Assembly: GCF_001194135.2 (NCBI RefSeq)
Contig: NC_068984.1
Location: 64,037,624 to 64,101,623 of the forward strand
Direction of reading: 5' to 3'
From: Octopus bimaculoides
Lineage: Eukaryota
DNA: 64,000 nt
The position numbers and the translations under genes were made by a program. The notes under the pieces are model-generated. The model worked only from the letters and a program-made list of their open reading frames with translations. It was not told where the DNA came from and searched no databases. Shown here piece by piece: positions 1 through 11,823 of this stretch. The first letter of the stretch is position 1; each line of letters starts with the position of its first letter.

Positions 1-42
<42 letters not shown>

Positions 43-43
<1 letters not shown>

Positions 44-172
44 TCTTTTTTACTTTTTTACTCTTTTACTTGTTTCAGTCATTTGACTGCGGCCATGCTG
101 GAGCACCGCCTTTAGTCGAGCAAATCGACCCCAGGACTTATTCTTTGTAAGCCTAGTACTTATTCTATCGGT
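43..172 (-). mobile_element. tRNA-derived Octopus-type (OR-like) SINE, 3' fragment
   Basis: tcagtcatttgactgcggccatgctggagcaccgcctttagtcgagcaaatcgacccc matches the reverse complement of the 3' end of the SINE at 2978-3349. Confidence 0.85.
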
Positions 173-448
173 ACCATAATAAACACATTTTTACCGAACG
201 CGAGGAAGTGCAAGTCTGAAAGCTAGCCCCTTAAAACAGACTGAATTATAGATCATTATTTCGTAGTTATTGTAGTATTATACAACTTCTACTCGTCACT
301 ATAATATGGTCAATATACATAGACATAAACAGAAAATCAACATACCAAACGAACACCGTGTATCCAGTATAGTACACACACACACACANNNNNNNNNNNN
401 NNNNNNNNNNNNNNNNNNNNNNNNNNNNNNNNNNNNNNNNNNNNNNNN

Positions 449-483
<35 letters not shown>

Positions 484-543
484 TATATATATATTTACAT
501 TATTTAGTTTCGACGGATATTTGTCCTCATCTTGTTTATTGTT

Positions 544-589
544 AACACAACGTTTCGGCTGATATACCCTCCAGCCTTCTTCAGGTGCC
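544..589 (-). ncRNA. Minimal type I hammerhead ribozyme motif in a Penelope-like LTR
   Basis: Minus strand GGCAC-CUGAAGA-A-GGCUG(gagggtatat)CAGCC-GAAA-CGUU/GUGUU: stem I GGCAC/GUGUU, stem II GGCUG/CAGCC, loop-less palindromic stem III ACGU. Confidence 0.7.
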
Positions 590-667
590 TTGAGGAAATT
601 TCCAACCTGGGTTCTCATTCCTAAGGTATTGTTCGATGTTATTATTATTAGTATTATTATTATTGCT

Positions 668-742
668 CAGGTCACTGCTTGGAATCGAACTCGGAATCTT
701 GGGGTTAGTAGCCCGGACCCTTAACCACTCCGCCATATGCAC
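668..742 (-). promoter_or_regulatory. tRNA-like segment with Pol III A and B boxes
   Basis: A box TGGCGGAGTGG (735-725), B box GAGTTCGATTCC (692-681), anticodon-like loop CT-ACT-AA; followed by (AAT)n and the hammerhead-bearing tail. Confidence 0.7.
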
Positions 743-769
743 GTGTGTATATGACGTAGTGGTTATTTT

Positions 770-1475
770 GGCATGAATTAGACCATAAATTAAGTTTAAG
801 TTTTTTCTTTAAAAAAGGAATGTACTTAATAAAATTTTTGCTAAGTATACCAATATCAGAGCTGGAGCGACAGATGATACGGAGAGTTGGGTTATTGAAG
901 ACGTTAGGTTTGTGGTCCTTTAAAATAAAATGGTGTTGCCCTGGATTTAAAGGTTCAGTCCTCATTTGTAAGTTCCCTATAATTTTCTTAGCTTCCAATT
1001 TGGCTTTTCTTATAGCATTTCTACCAGTAGTCATATGTAATTTTTGTATTTTTTTCCTGAATAATTATAGGTAATAACCCATGATTAGGCGATAAAGGTT
1101 GCCGGTTTTATCTGATTGAACAAGTAGAACTTCCATGTTGTTAATGTCCCTGGTAATATTATGTAGATATCTCAGAAGTTCATTCATTTACGGGGAACGA
1201 TGGAATTTAACGTTCTTAGCAATATGCCAGAGGTCGGGTTCAAACGGTTTTAATCTTGGATTGGGAGGAGGATTATTTTTAGATTTGAATAGTTTACTGA
1301 ATTAAGAAATTGGATCAGTGGAAGACGGTTTAATATCCTTATTGTTGAAGAAGAAAACTTGCCATCTGACGCGATTAATGAAAGAGTTGGTCTTATTAAT
1401 GAGTTGTTTAAGGAGTTCCTCTGTTAGGGGAATAGCTATATCCTTAAGAGAGGCGTTTATATTAAAGATCTCCAT
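770..1475 (-). pseudogene. Penelope-like element RT ORF, N-terminal part, disrupted by stops and truncated
   Basis: MEIFNINASLKDIAIPLTEELLKQLINKTNSFINRVRWQVFFF, LKPFEPDLWHIAKNVKF and FILKDHKPNVFNNPTLRII...SDIGILSK resemble Penelope-like RT N-terminal motifs. Confidence 0.8.
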
Positions 1476-1555
1476 TTGCAGTAATTATTTAAGTTGCAAG
1501 TTTTAATAATGAAAATCCTGGTATATATATATATATATATATATATACGTCATAT

Positions 1556-2287
1556 ATACTATAGGTATTATAATTGCTCTCAACACAAGTACACAGGTTT
1601 CATACTGATCAATTCTCTTAGTCCGGGATGTATATATATATATATGTTTACTCTTCAAGGAAAGATCCCTAGAAATAGTTATATATGTATGTGTGTGTGT
1701 GTGTGTGTGTGTGTGAGAGTGTGTGTGTGTGTTTGTGTGCGTGTTTGTTTGTGTGTGTCTGTGTGTGTGTACGTGTCAGTATTCACAAGGTTACCGACTC
1801 TGATGTTAAAATCATCTGATCTGTGGAAACGTACGTAGTGATGTATTAAATATTTATAAATTTCATCCTGATATTATTGTTATTATTATATTTCTCCTAC
1901 ATTATATTGTGATAACTATGATACTACCCCGAACATCTGACTCACTAGTCAGTATTATTTGACGGTAGACGGCATAATGAAATAAGAGCCTTATTTAAAT
2001 ACTCTTAACGATGCCTGAACGAATTTAATATACATATATATATATATATATATAATATAAATAATATATAAATATATGCATATATACATACATATATGTA
2101 CATACCTACATACATATATATATATACATGCACATATGGGTACGTGACATCAAAAAGACGTCAAGAAAAATGAGAAAGGAGAAGGCAACATAAAGAACAT
2201 TCCTTTCATCAGTTGTCCCTTGCCCTGTTTTAGCTACTCCGCGTTAAGAAGGTAGAGACAATATAGATACGTATATATATATATATA

Positions 2288-2327
<40 letters not shown>

Positions 2328-2429
2328 TAATTTTCGTGTTCTTCCTTCTTGCTCATACTATAGGTATTATAATTGCTCTCAACACAAGTACACAGGTTTC
2401 ATACTGATCAATTCTCTTAGTCCGGGATG
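1556..2429 (+). repeat. 75-bp exact direct repeat (1556-1630 and 2355-2429)
   Basis: atactataggtattataattgctctcaacacaagtacacaggtttcatactgatcaattctcttagtccgggatg occurs twice, each next to microsatellites. Confidence 0.9.
2135..2260. mobile_element. Fragment of a probable Penelope-like LTR repeat
   Basis: gggtacgtgacatcaaaaagacg...ctttcatcagttgtccc contains CTGATGA on the minus strand; non-microsatellite island between (TA)n tracts. Confidence 0.35.
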
Positions 2430-2935
2430 ATTTTTGTTTATCTGGTTAGGATTTCGTTTTAGTATATTTTCGTTGTGAATATTCCTGCCTAAGTGATCAT
2501 AAACAGAGAGGACTGGTCATTTCGTTTTACGTGATATCGATAGAATGTCTCAGCGAAGTTGCGACATGCAGTCTCGATAGCACTATCAACAGTGGCATAC
2601 GATAAAAAGTTAGAATTCATTTAAAATAAATGCTTATGTTTTATTCAGTTTCAATGATTTTGACCAACAGTGTCATGTGAAGATAGAATAGCTAGATAGA
2701 ATTAAGATGCATTCAGAAAGAAGAGATTAGAGAAAGTTCTGTTTCCATATTTATATGGTTCCAATCTTTTCCTTTTCCCTTGTGTCTGATACTATCGTAG
2801 ATTGCGGCAAACAAGCAATGCATGCACATACACATGCACCTAAAATACGCACACACAAACTCATACATAATCGGTATTTTCCGGTATTCTTCCAAGAAGA
2901 TTAGATTCACATACAAATATGATACTGAGCCTGAG

Positions 2936-2975
<40 letters not shown>

Positions 2976-2977
2976 TA

Positions 2978-3349
2978 GGCGCAGGAGCGGCTGTGTGGTA
3001 AGTAGCTTGCTTACCAACCACATCGTTCCAGCAAGTGTCTTCTAGTATAGCCTCGGGCCGACCACAGCCTTGTGAGTGGATTTGGTAGACGGAAACTGAA
3101 CGAAGCCCATCGTATATATGTATATATAGATATATATATGTGTGTGTGCGTGTGTCTGTATTTGTCCCCCTAGCATTGCATGACAACCGATGCTGGTGTG
3201 TTTATGTCCCCGTCATATAGCGGTTCGTCAAAAGAGACCGATAGAATAAGTACTAGGCTTACAAAGAATAAGTCCCAGGCTCGATTTGCTCGACTAACGG
3301 CGGTGCTCCAGCATGGCTGCAGTCAAATGACTGAAACAAGTAAAAGAGA
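2978..3349 (+). mobile_element. tRNA-derived OR-like SINE, near full length, B-box region deleted
   Basis: GGCGCAGGAGCGGCTGTGTGGTAAG head, internal (TA)/(TG) tract, 3' end ...GTCAAATGACTGAAACAAGTAAAAGAG; compared with 57768-58288 the GGTTC.AGTCCC segment is missing. Confidence 0.9.
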
Positions 3350-3725
3350 AAAAATAAAAGATATATATGTATGTATATGTATANNNNNNNNNNNNNNNNN
3401 NNNNNNNNNNNNNNNNNNNNNNNNNNNNNNNNNNNNNNNNNNNNNNNNNNNNNNNNNNNNNNNNNNNNNNNNNNNNNNNNNNNNNNNNNNNNNNNNNNNN
3501 NNNNNNNNNNNNNNNNNNNNNNNNNNNNNNNNNNNNNNNNNNNNNNNNNNNATATATATATATATACTAATATTTAACTGAAGTAACAGACTGACTCAAG
3601 ATCTGGGAGTTTCTGCGTTGGCACAGAATCCCTCGGATTTTGAGTCACTGCTACTTCTACTATACCCATATTTTGAGCTCCATTTTTCCTGTTTACACCA
3701 ACTTACCTGCCTGTGTATGTATATA

Positions 3726-3885
3726 TACGACGGGCTTCTTTTGGCTTTCCTCTACAAAATCCACTCACATGGGTTTGGTCGGACCGAGGCTATAGTAGAA
3801 GTCAGTTGCTTCAGGTGCCACGCAGTAGGACTCAACCCAAAACCATGTGGTTAGCAAACAAGCTTCCTACCACACAGCCACGCCT
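3726..3885 (-). mobile_element. OR-like SINE, 5' half
   Basis: Reverse complement of SINE head: acgacgggcttc...ccacacagccacgcct. Confidence 0.85.
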
Positions 3886-5749
3886 ATAGGTCATTGTAGA
3901 TTTGTATATTACCAAAAATTTCAGCTCGGAAGAATAAGGTGATGGGAAGTAGCTCTTTCATAGAAAAGAAGAAAAAGTATTTAGTTACCTTTCTAAATAC
4001 CTATTTCTTGACAATTGTCCCTTATACAGAGCACCAGCGTTGTGATTATGTAACGGAGACTATAAACAGTGTTAGAGCAGTAACCTTAAACCATTCTACA
4101 GCTTTGCTGAAGGTTCAGCCCGTACATATTTGGGTGTGTGGGTATGGGGGTGTTGTGTTTGTATGTGTGTCTATGTGTGTGTGTATCTATTAACCAAATG
4201 TGGTGAGGACATTATAGACTTAAAGACAGGATCTGTAATTACATTTCTAATGATATCTTCTACAAATAGAATTGTCTGACAGCACATCTAAATTTTAAAA
4301 AAAAATACTTGCTGGAACGGGAAGTAGTTATGTAGTATTAATTCAACAATTAAATTTTAATCCCTTTCTCAAAAAAATATTGCACTATCCACACGATAAA
4401 TCATGTAATTATATATTTAATTTATGTTTGGGCGACAATACACCTTTGTATTTGACAGTTGGTACTTTCTAATATAAGGATGTTACAGATATGTAAGCCG
4501 AAATAATTAAAAGATCGGGATCAGGTTTTATGATTAACCCGAACTTGAAAACAACAGTTGCTTGAAATCGGCAGTAGAAGTAACAATACTATATATATAT
4601 AACCATATGGAAGGAGCAATTAATGTTAACTTGTAAGACAGCAGTTATTCCATAATAAATGAACATTTTCTCATATGTTATAATATAGATGCTAAACAGT
4701 AGATAGGCGTAAGCTTCTTATAAGTACCTGATTCTTGCATGTACACATGCGACATTTGGTTTTGTATTACTTCTAAACGTAAACTACTCAGAACATACCA
4801 CCATATATTCTGCGATCATATATACCACCATATATACCACCATATATTTCATATATACCACCATAGATTCTGTGAAGTGATGAAGTGATTCCTTATAAAA
4901 TGCAATTTTCAGTAGATTTCCACCTCAATATTAATTTTATTGACCCTAATTTATCGACAAGGACGTCTGAAAAGCAAATCCAGTGTCAGGAAATACCACA
5001 AAGATGTCTGCTGCCCTTAAGAACAAACTCTCAAGTAGAAAATTATTATGTATTTTATAATATTGAATTTGAAATGAACTGGCAAACTGGTTTGTAGTGT
5101 GATCGGTTTAATGCTTCACCAGTATGAAGACTAAGTACGCAAGAGACAAATATAATCATCAACTGGAGCATACTGCGCTGCAACAATATATATATAATGT
5201 ACTTTGAACTTACTAGGAGCATACTGCATCGTTGAATGCTTTGCGTTCATTGATATATTATTAATGCTCATAGTCATAAATAATAACTGCTCTTAATAGT
5301 AAGTGACAGAGTATTCCACAGACAGGTGTACAGTTAACTTAATGTTTGGGGAGAATCAGCATGACTGTGAATGACATGTCTGGCCTTTTGAATTGCTGCT
5401 ATATTCACTATTGTTAATTCAAAAAAGAGTCGAAACTTAATTATCAAGTATGAAATGTCTTCCCAATTTAAATATTGGAGAAATGATAGTGTGAGTATTT
5501 ATACGGGGAAACAATAATTACATTCTTGATAAATGTGTTTTATAAATAAGTTTGAATATTTGTTTTAATAACATACATCTAGATCATATCATACTTCAAC
5601 ACATAAATATGCTGTTGAAAGCTGATAAAATACTAGGCCGTTTGAGGATGAGCTTGACTTCAAGATGTAACTTAAGCAGTTATTCTTTAATTTCTTGAAT
5701 ATGTTGCAAGAAAACTAGTTGTATCTGCCATACCATCACGGAAAACGAT

Positions 5750-5850
5750 GGTATAGCAGAACCGGTAGGGGTCAAGACAAAATAGCTTATGGGATTCTTT
5801 CACTTTCTGAGTTCAAATTTGCTGGAGTTAAATTTGTTTGCGGTACATAA
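5750..5850 (+). mobile_element. Degenerate second-family (OK-like) SINE fragment
   Basis: B-box-like ttctgagttcaaatttgctggag shared with copies at 53785-53970 and 60085-60257. Confidence 0.45.
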
Positions 5851-7136
5851 AGAGCTAGTTAAATACTAGAATTGTTTTAATCCGTTACATCATTATTTCA
5901 AAATGTAATCCCCTATGCTTATAATATAAAACATTATTTTAATACTTAATATACATTAACAACAGAAAAATGTATACTTATGCTGTTATTAATATCAAGA
6001 TGTTGCCATCCAATGCTCACGACCAAATTCACACTGGTGTACTCATGTAAGAAAGCCTATTATATCATCCTGGGAACATTGCAGTACATAAAAAATATTC
6101 CACAATACACGTGATCGAGAGTAGCTTTCAATTATTACGTGATGTTTGTTCATTTCAATTACTTATTGACAGGAAAGTGCATCTTTTACTTTACCGTACG
6201 CATTGATATATTCACCTTGCGCCAAGTCACCCAATCGGATAAGTTATGCTTTTTCTTGTAAGAATGAAGAGATCCCTTTTATAAAGAAACACTAGAATAT
6301 TTTATTCCATTCCATTATAAATTCCTTAATTCAAATATCACCACAAATGAATTTGCCTTTCATCTCACCGGGTAGGAGAGATAAATTAACTATTCCACGT
6401 GAAAAATTTAATCCTATGGGTAGAAATCGATATTCTATTAGGTTACAGCAGAATAGTGTCCATTATAATAGATAAAATAACATACACGATACTACCTATG
6501 TAATAACTGCGCAGACTTATTTTCTTCTTCATGGAAGGTTTTCATGTCAACAATAGAGATAAATTGTTGTGGGAAAACGCTTTTAAATGATACTGTTAAT
6601 GCTAAGTTCCTGGTTAATGTTTTGATATCTAAGTAAAATTTATAACACAAGCTTAAATTGATTACAATAAAAAGGCTCTATCTCGAGTTAAAATCTCTCT
6701 CTTAATTTCTCTCCCCCTCTCTCTCTCCCCCTCTCTCTCTCCCAATGCCCNNNNNNNNNNGCTTAAATTGATTACAATAAAAAGGCTCTATCTCGAGTTA
6801 AAATCTCTCTCTTAATTTCTCTCCCCCTCTCTCTCTCTCAATGCCCCATTATCACACTCGAACATTGCAGTGATATGTATATGCGCACGCACGTGTCCGC
6901 GCGCGTGCGCACGTGTATACCTACATACATACATGTATATGCATATATGTGTGTGTGTGTGTGCGTGTGCATGTATATATATATATATATAAAATTATAA
7001 TACAGGGTATCTAAGAGATACCGTCACGCTGAAAAATAGCAGTCAAAACCTGACTCTAAAACCTCAATAAATAAATGTCCACATAGCACAAGGAGCGAAG
7101 ACGAAGACAAAATAAACCAGTAAAAATAACAAGATA

Positions 7137-7195
7137 ATTCCAGATCCCGGATTTCTGGCTTTGCATAAATAATGCTTTGCCTTCATCGGTGGAAT
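7137..7195 (-). ncRNA. Type I hammerhead-like motif with U4C core variant
   Basis: AUUCCA-CCGAUGA-A-GGC-aaa-GCAU(uauuu)AUGC-aaa-GCC-A-GAAA-UCCGGGA-UC/UGGAAU: perfect 6-bp stem I, bipartite stem II, near-palindromic stem III. Confidence 0.6.
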
Positions 7196-7366
7196 ATACT
7201 CAAGCACATAACTACAAATATATGTATATAAACAGTATACTTACATATACGGACGTATACACACATATATATGCACGTATGTACACGACTAGCTTAAATA
7301 GCCCGCTTGAGTATATTCCACCGATGAAGGGAAAGTATTATTTATGCAAAGCCAGAAATCCGGGAT
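7144..7366. repeat. Inverted repeat, 62-bp arms (7144-7205 and 7305-7366), 2 mismatches
   Basis: atcccggatttctggctttgcataaataatgctttgccttcatcggtggaatatactcaagc versus gcttgagtatattccaccgatgaagggaaagtattatttatgcaaagccagaaatccgggat; right arm cut by an N gap. Confidence 0.9.
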
Positions 7367-7762
7367 NNNNNNNNNNNNNNNNNNNNNNNNNNNNNNNNNN
7401 NNNNNNNNNNNNNNNNNNNNNNNNNNNNNNNNNNNNNNNNNNNNNNNNNNNNNNNNNNNNNNNNNNNNNNNNNNNNNNNNNNNNNNNNNNNNNNNNNNNN
7501 NNNNNNNNNNNNNNNNNNNNNNNNNNNNNNNNNNNNNNNNNNNNNNNNNNNNNNNNNNNNNNNNNNNNNNNNNNNNNNNNNNNNNNNNNNNNNNNNNNNN
7601 NNNNNNNNNNNNNNNNNNNNNNNNNNNNNNNNNNNNNNNNNNNNNNNNNNNNNNNNNNNNNNNNNNNNNNNNNNNNNNNNNNNNNNNNNNNNNNNNNNNN
7701 NNNNNNNNNNNNNNNNNNNNNNNNNNNNNNNNNNNNNNNNNNNNNNNNNNNNNNNNNNNNNN

Positions 7763-7798
<36 letters not shown>

Positions 7799-8254
7799 AC
7801 TGGTGTACGCGATAATTGTCGGGAGTAAAGATGTTCTATTGGAACGCCTTATTACTCTGATATAAGAAGGCAATGTCGTTATACCTGACACAAAAGGTGT
7901 ATTTTCCGTCAGGAAAAATTAAAATAAACTGTCAGCTGGAGGAGGGGGAAATTGTTGGAGGTTGGCGAGAGAGGTTTCGGAGGTTGGTGAAAAAGATAGT
8001 TGGAGGTTGTCTAGAGAGATTGTCGGAGGTGGTCGAGAGAGGTTGTCGTTCACAGAAAATCTATTGTTTCACCGTGAGGAAAGCGCTTTTGAAGTGTTAA
8101 ATGAAATTTGGCAATCGAGGATCGAATCCACACTCTGCCTGCATGTCGAAAAAATAATTATCTACTGTCATGGAGAAAGTGTAACTGTAAAAATGCAAAG
8201 ACGTATGTAGGCATAGATATGTATGAATGAAGAGATTCAAATTAAGGAAGTACA

Positions 8255-8313
8255 ATAATAATATTTAGCAGTTAAAATAATGTTTAGCAGTTAAAATAAT
8301 GTTTAGCAGTTCA
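8255..8313 (+). repeat. 19-bp tandem repeat, about 3 copies
   Basis: Unit aataatgtttagcagttaa. Confidence 0.8.
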
Positions 8314-9176
8314 AATATTGACCGCATCGCTAAAAACTGCAGGCAGATGATATTGGTTATTTCCCTTGGGTTGTTTAGATAAAATATTGGTAATATGTAG
8401 TTGATAGTAGGATCAATTGGATGGGCCCTATTATCGATTTTTTTCAACAATCTAAGTATGACACGTTGTTTCCAGACATGAGATCTACTCACGTGACAAA
8501 TAAAGTAAAAAAAAGTATTATACTCTGCAAAACTTAGAAATTGGATACACAAAAAAAAAAATCAATATTCAAAGTAATCGAACATAAACAATGAAACCTG
8601 TAAAATATTTCTAAATTCGATGGCACAATTTGTTTCATGAAAATGTTGTATGAACTGTAAATAAGTAATAAATACGATTTGTAAAATAATTATACAGGGT
8701 GCCCAAAGTGAATGTGGTTTGGAGATTTGGTTTCATTTTATAAGAATTTTAGGCATTCAAAGTATGAACTCATCGTATTGGGACACAATTATTAAATACC
8801 TTCTAGAATCAAAGATTTATGTAATGTCATCGAAGAATTTTAACTGGAAACATGCAGAATTATCGGATTTATGGGGATTGAAAGTGTACATGCATCAAGA
8901 AAGTGGAATAATAAGGTTTAGCATTTCAAAGCTGTGGGTAGTGAAATGCAGAATTAGGTTCGCTGATCGTGAGAATCAAATATTTATCACTTCGCTAAAA
9001 ACTAACAACTGTTAGTGCAGGTGCTAACGGTTATTTCCCTTGAGTGCTTAAAAAAATATTGTGCAGGTGGTATGGGCTATTTCTCTTGGGTGTTTAAAAA
9101 ATTAGTTATATGTGATAGATATAAATATCCCTTCCAGTGACCGTTATCGATTTTTTCAACAATCTAAGTATGTATA

Positions 9177-9223
<47 letters not shown>

Positions 9224-9988
9224 NNNNNNNNNNNNNNNNNNNNNNNNNNNNNNNNNNNNNNNNNNNNNNNNNNNNNNNNNNNNNNNNNNNNNNNNNNNNN
9301 NNNNNNNNNNNNNNNNNNNNNNNNNNNNNNNNNNNNNNNNNNNNNNNNNNNNNNNNNNNNNNNNNNNNNNNNNNNNNNNNNNNNNNNNNNNNNNNNNNNN
9401 NNNNNNNNNNNNNNNNNNNNNNNNNNNNNNNNNNNNNNNNNNNNNNNNNNNNNNNNNNNNNNNNNNNNNNNNNNNNNNNNNNNNNNNNNNNNNNNNNNNN
9501 NNNNNNNNNNNNNNNNNNNNNNNNNNNNNNNNNNNNNNNNNNNNNNNNNNNNNNNNNNNNNNNNNNNNNNNNNNNNNNNNNNNNNNNNNNNNNNNNNNNN
9601 NNNNNNNNNNNNNNNNNNNNNNNNNNNNNNNNNNNNNNNNNNNNNNNNNNNNNNNNNNNNNNNNNNNNNNNNNNNNNNNNNNNNNNNNNNNNNNNNNNNN
9701 NNNNNNNNNNNNNNNNNNNNNNNNNNNNNNNNNNNNNNNNNNNNNNNNNNNNNNNNNNNNNNNNNNNNNNNNNNNNNNNNNNNNNNNNNNNNNNNNNNNN
9801 NNNNNNNNNNNNNNNNNNNNNNNNNNNNNNNNNNNNNNNNNNTATATAAACATATATATTTACTAATCAGATATATGTTTGTGCATATATACATACATGG
9901 GCGTCAAACTAATATATTTAATGTGTACGTCCTTTTGACATTCATTCTTTCATCATTTGTTATATTTAATTTTCGATTTGCCTATATA

Positions 9989-10826
9989 TTGGGTCATCGC
10001 ATTAATAATGCAGTTTTTTTCAATTGCATGAAATAAAAGTCGGAGGGGAACGGCATAAACTACCTGCATCAGCTTAAAAGTAGGTAGTATTTTATCTTGT
10101 CCTTAGTGTAAGTCTTGAACGGTGCAATTCGATTTTAAGAGTTATTTTTTTAAAGCTAGAATGGAAGTGACGAAGGAGCATGTTCGGAATATTTTGCTTT
10201 ATGAGTTCAACTGAAGCAAAAGCGCAACAGCAGCATATGGGAATCAGACAATAAGCGTAAGCTAATGTCAATGATGATTCCAGGAATTCTGAGCCAGACA
10301 CTACAGCCTAGAAGATGAGCCACGTCTTGAAAGATCTACAGAACTAAACGAAAGCATCCTGCAAACCCTGGTGTAACAAATTCCTATCGTAACTGTTGAA
10401 GAACTTGCAGAGAACCTTGGATTTCGTTATTCAACCATTCATCGACACCTGTGTGCCATCGGAAAAGTCAGCATATGGGTTGCTCACAAACTTTACGTGT
10501 CTAATCTCGTGCAGAGAGTGAATGTGTGCTCTTCCTTGCGTCATGTCTAACGAATGACTCTTACTTGCACCGAAGTTACTGGTGACGAACGATGGGTTCT
10601 CTATAAAAATGTCAAGCATAGAAGACAGTGGCTAGGGAAAGGAGAAACACCGGAACTTAGGCTAAAGAAGGTCTTCAACCATGTAAAGTGTTCTTAACTG
10701 TTTGGTGGGATATGAAATGTTTAGCCCACTCAGAACTTTTAAACCCCAAACCAAACGTAACAAAGGAGATCTACTGCGGGCAGCTTGAGCGGCTTAAGTC
10801 AATGTTAGAAGAAAAACGACGGTCTA
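9989..10826 (+). mobile_element. Mariner (DD34D-type) transposon remnant with 5' TIR and disrupted transposase, 3' truncated
   Basis: TA then TTGGGTCATC TIR-like start; MEVTKEHVRNILLYEFN (ATG 10161), LEDEPR, TIHRHL...WVAHKL, VTGDERWVLYKNVK, KVFLTVWWDMK...IYCGQLERL; stops and frameshifts; no second D or YSPDL motif. Confidence 0.9.
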
Positions 10827-11159
10827 GTCTCAGGATTTTCGAGTCAACATGGGGCGGTTGGCTCCCCTGTCAGTATATATCTGAGCTTTTACTAAAGCTT
10901 CGGGTGTATTTCAACTATTAATTCTAGCAGCCTTAGTCACACTTAGTAACGATTAAATTGTTCCTTTATTCTATCACATTGTGCTTAACTATTTATATTG
11001 ATTTTATATATAAATATATATCGTTTTAAAAATTGTATTATAAAGATATCAACATCCTTTCAGAGACAAAACAAAACATTACGGCTCTGCTCAGTTCTTG
11101 GTCTACTATAAGCTTATGTAACCATTAGTGTCTGCAAGCTCACCTATATTAGCAGTATT

Positions 11160-11551
11160 TTTTTCTTTGCTTGTTTCAGTCATTATACTGCAGCCATTTT
11201 CGAAGACTGCCTTGAAGACTTCGTTTTCCTTTTTTTTTTTTTTTTTTTGATTCAAATGAACCGACCATAGTACATATTGTTTTAAAGCTCAGTAGTTATT
11301 CTATCGCTTTCTTGTGTCAAAGCGCTACGTTACGGGAATGTAAAAAAAAAACAAAAAAAAACACTGGTTGTCAAGTAGTTGTGGAGGACAAACACAGACA
11401 CAACTATGAACACCAAATCTACCAAATCTACTCAAAAGGCTGTGGTTTACCTGAGACTACAGTAAAAGACAATTGTCCAAAGTATCATGCAGTAGGACTG
11501 AACTCAGAAACATGTGGTTGGAAAGCAAAATTTTTGCCACACACCCACGCC
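11160..11551 (-). mobile_element. Degenerate OR-like SINE
   Basis: ttgtttcagtcattatactgcagcc ... ggactgaactcagaaacatgtggttgg. Confidence 0.8.
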
Positions 11552-11721
11552 GTAGTGCATTGCTGGTATATGCGAGATTTCATTACTGCTATATAGAAAA
11601 CCTTTGTACGAGGATTCGCCACTGACTCTAAGCCTATGAACTTGATATTTGTATACTCTATTGTTAATGCCATTTCTGTTCATTCGCATTGTTCCCTGCA
11701 CTCATCCTTACTGTATCTTAC

Positions 11722-11823
11722 CTTGTATATTGTAATCTAAAGTACTCAAGTAACATATCCTCATCAGAATTGTCATTATCTAGATGTAACTTCGTGCTTC
11801 AAGCAATTATTATCCTAGATATG
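11722..11823 (-). other. Candidate exon (non-coding, or UTR plus start codon)
   Basis: ttttaatctacag acceptor and CAAG/GTAAGAT donor; all frames contain a stop; a late ATG gives MLLEYFRLQYT. Confidence 0.2.

Noticed and set aside
668-742. Functional tRNA-Ser gene
   Set aside because: Acceptor and anticodon stems pair poorly and it is embedded in a retroelement; treated as tRNA-derived.
2195-2215. CTGATGA on the minus strand as a hammerhead core
   Set aside because: No correctly placed GAAA or supporting stems in this copy.
6651-6850. ~95-bp direct duplication
   Set aside because: Copies sit on either side of a 10-N gap: typical unmerged contig overlap.
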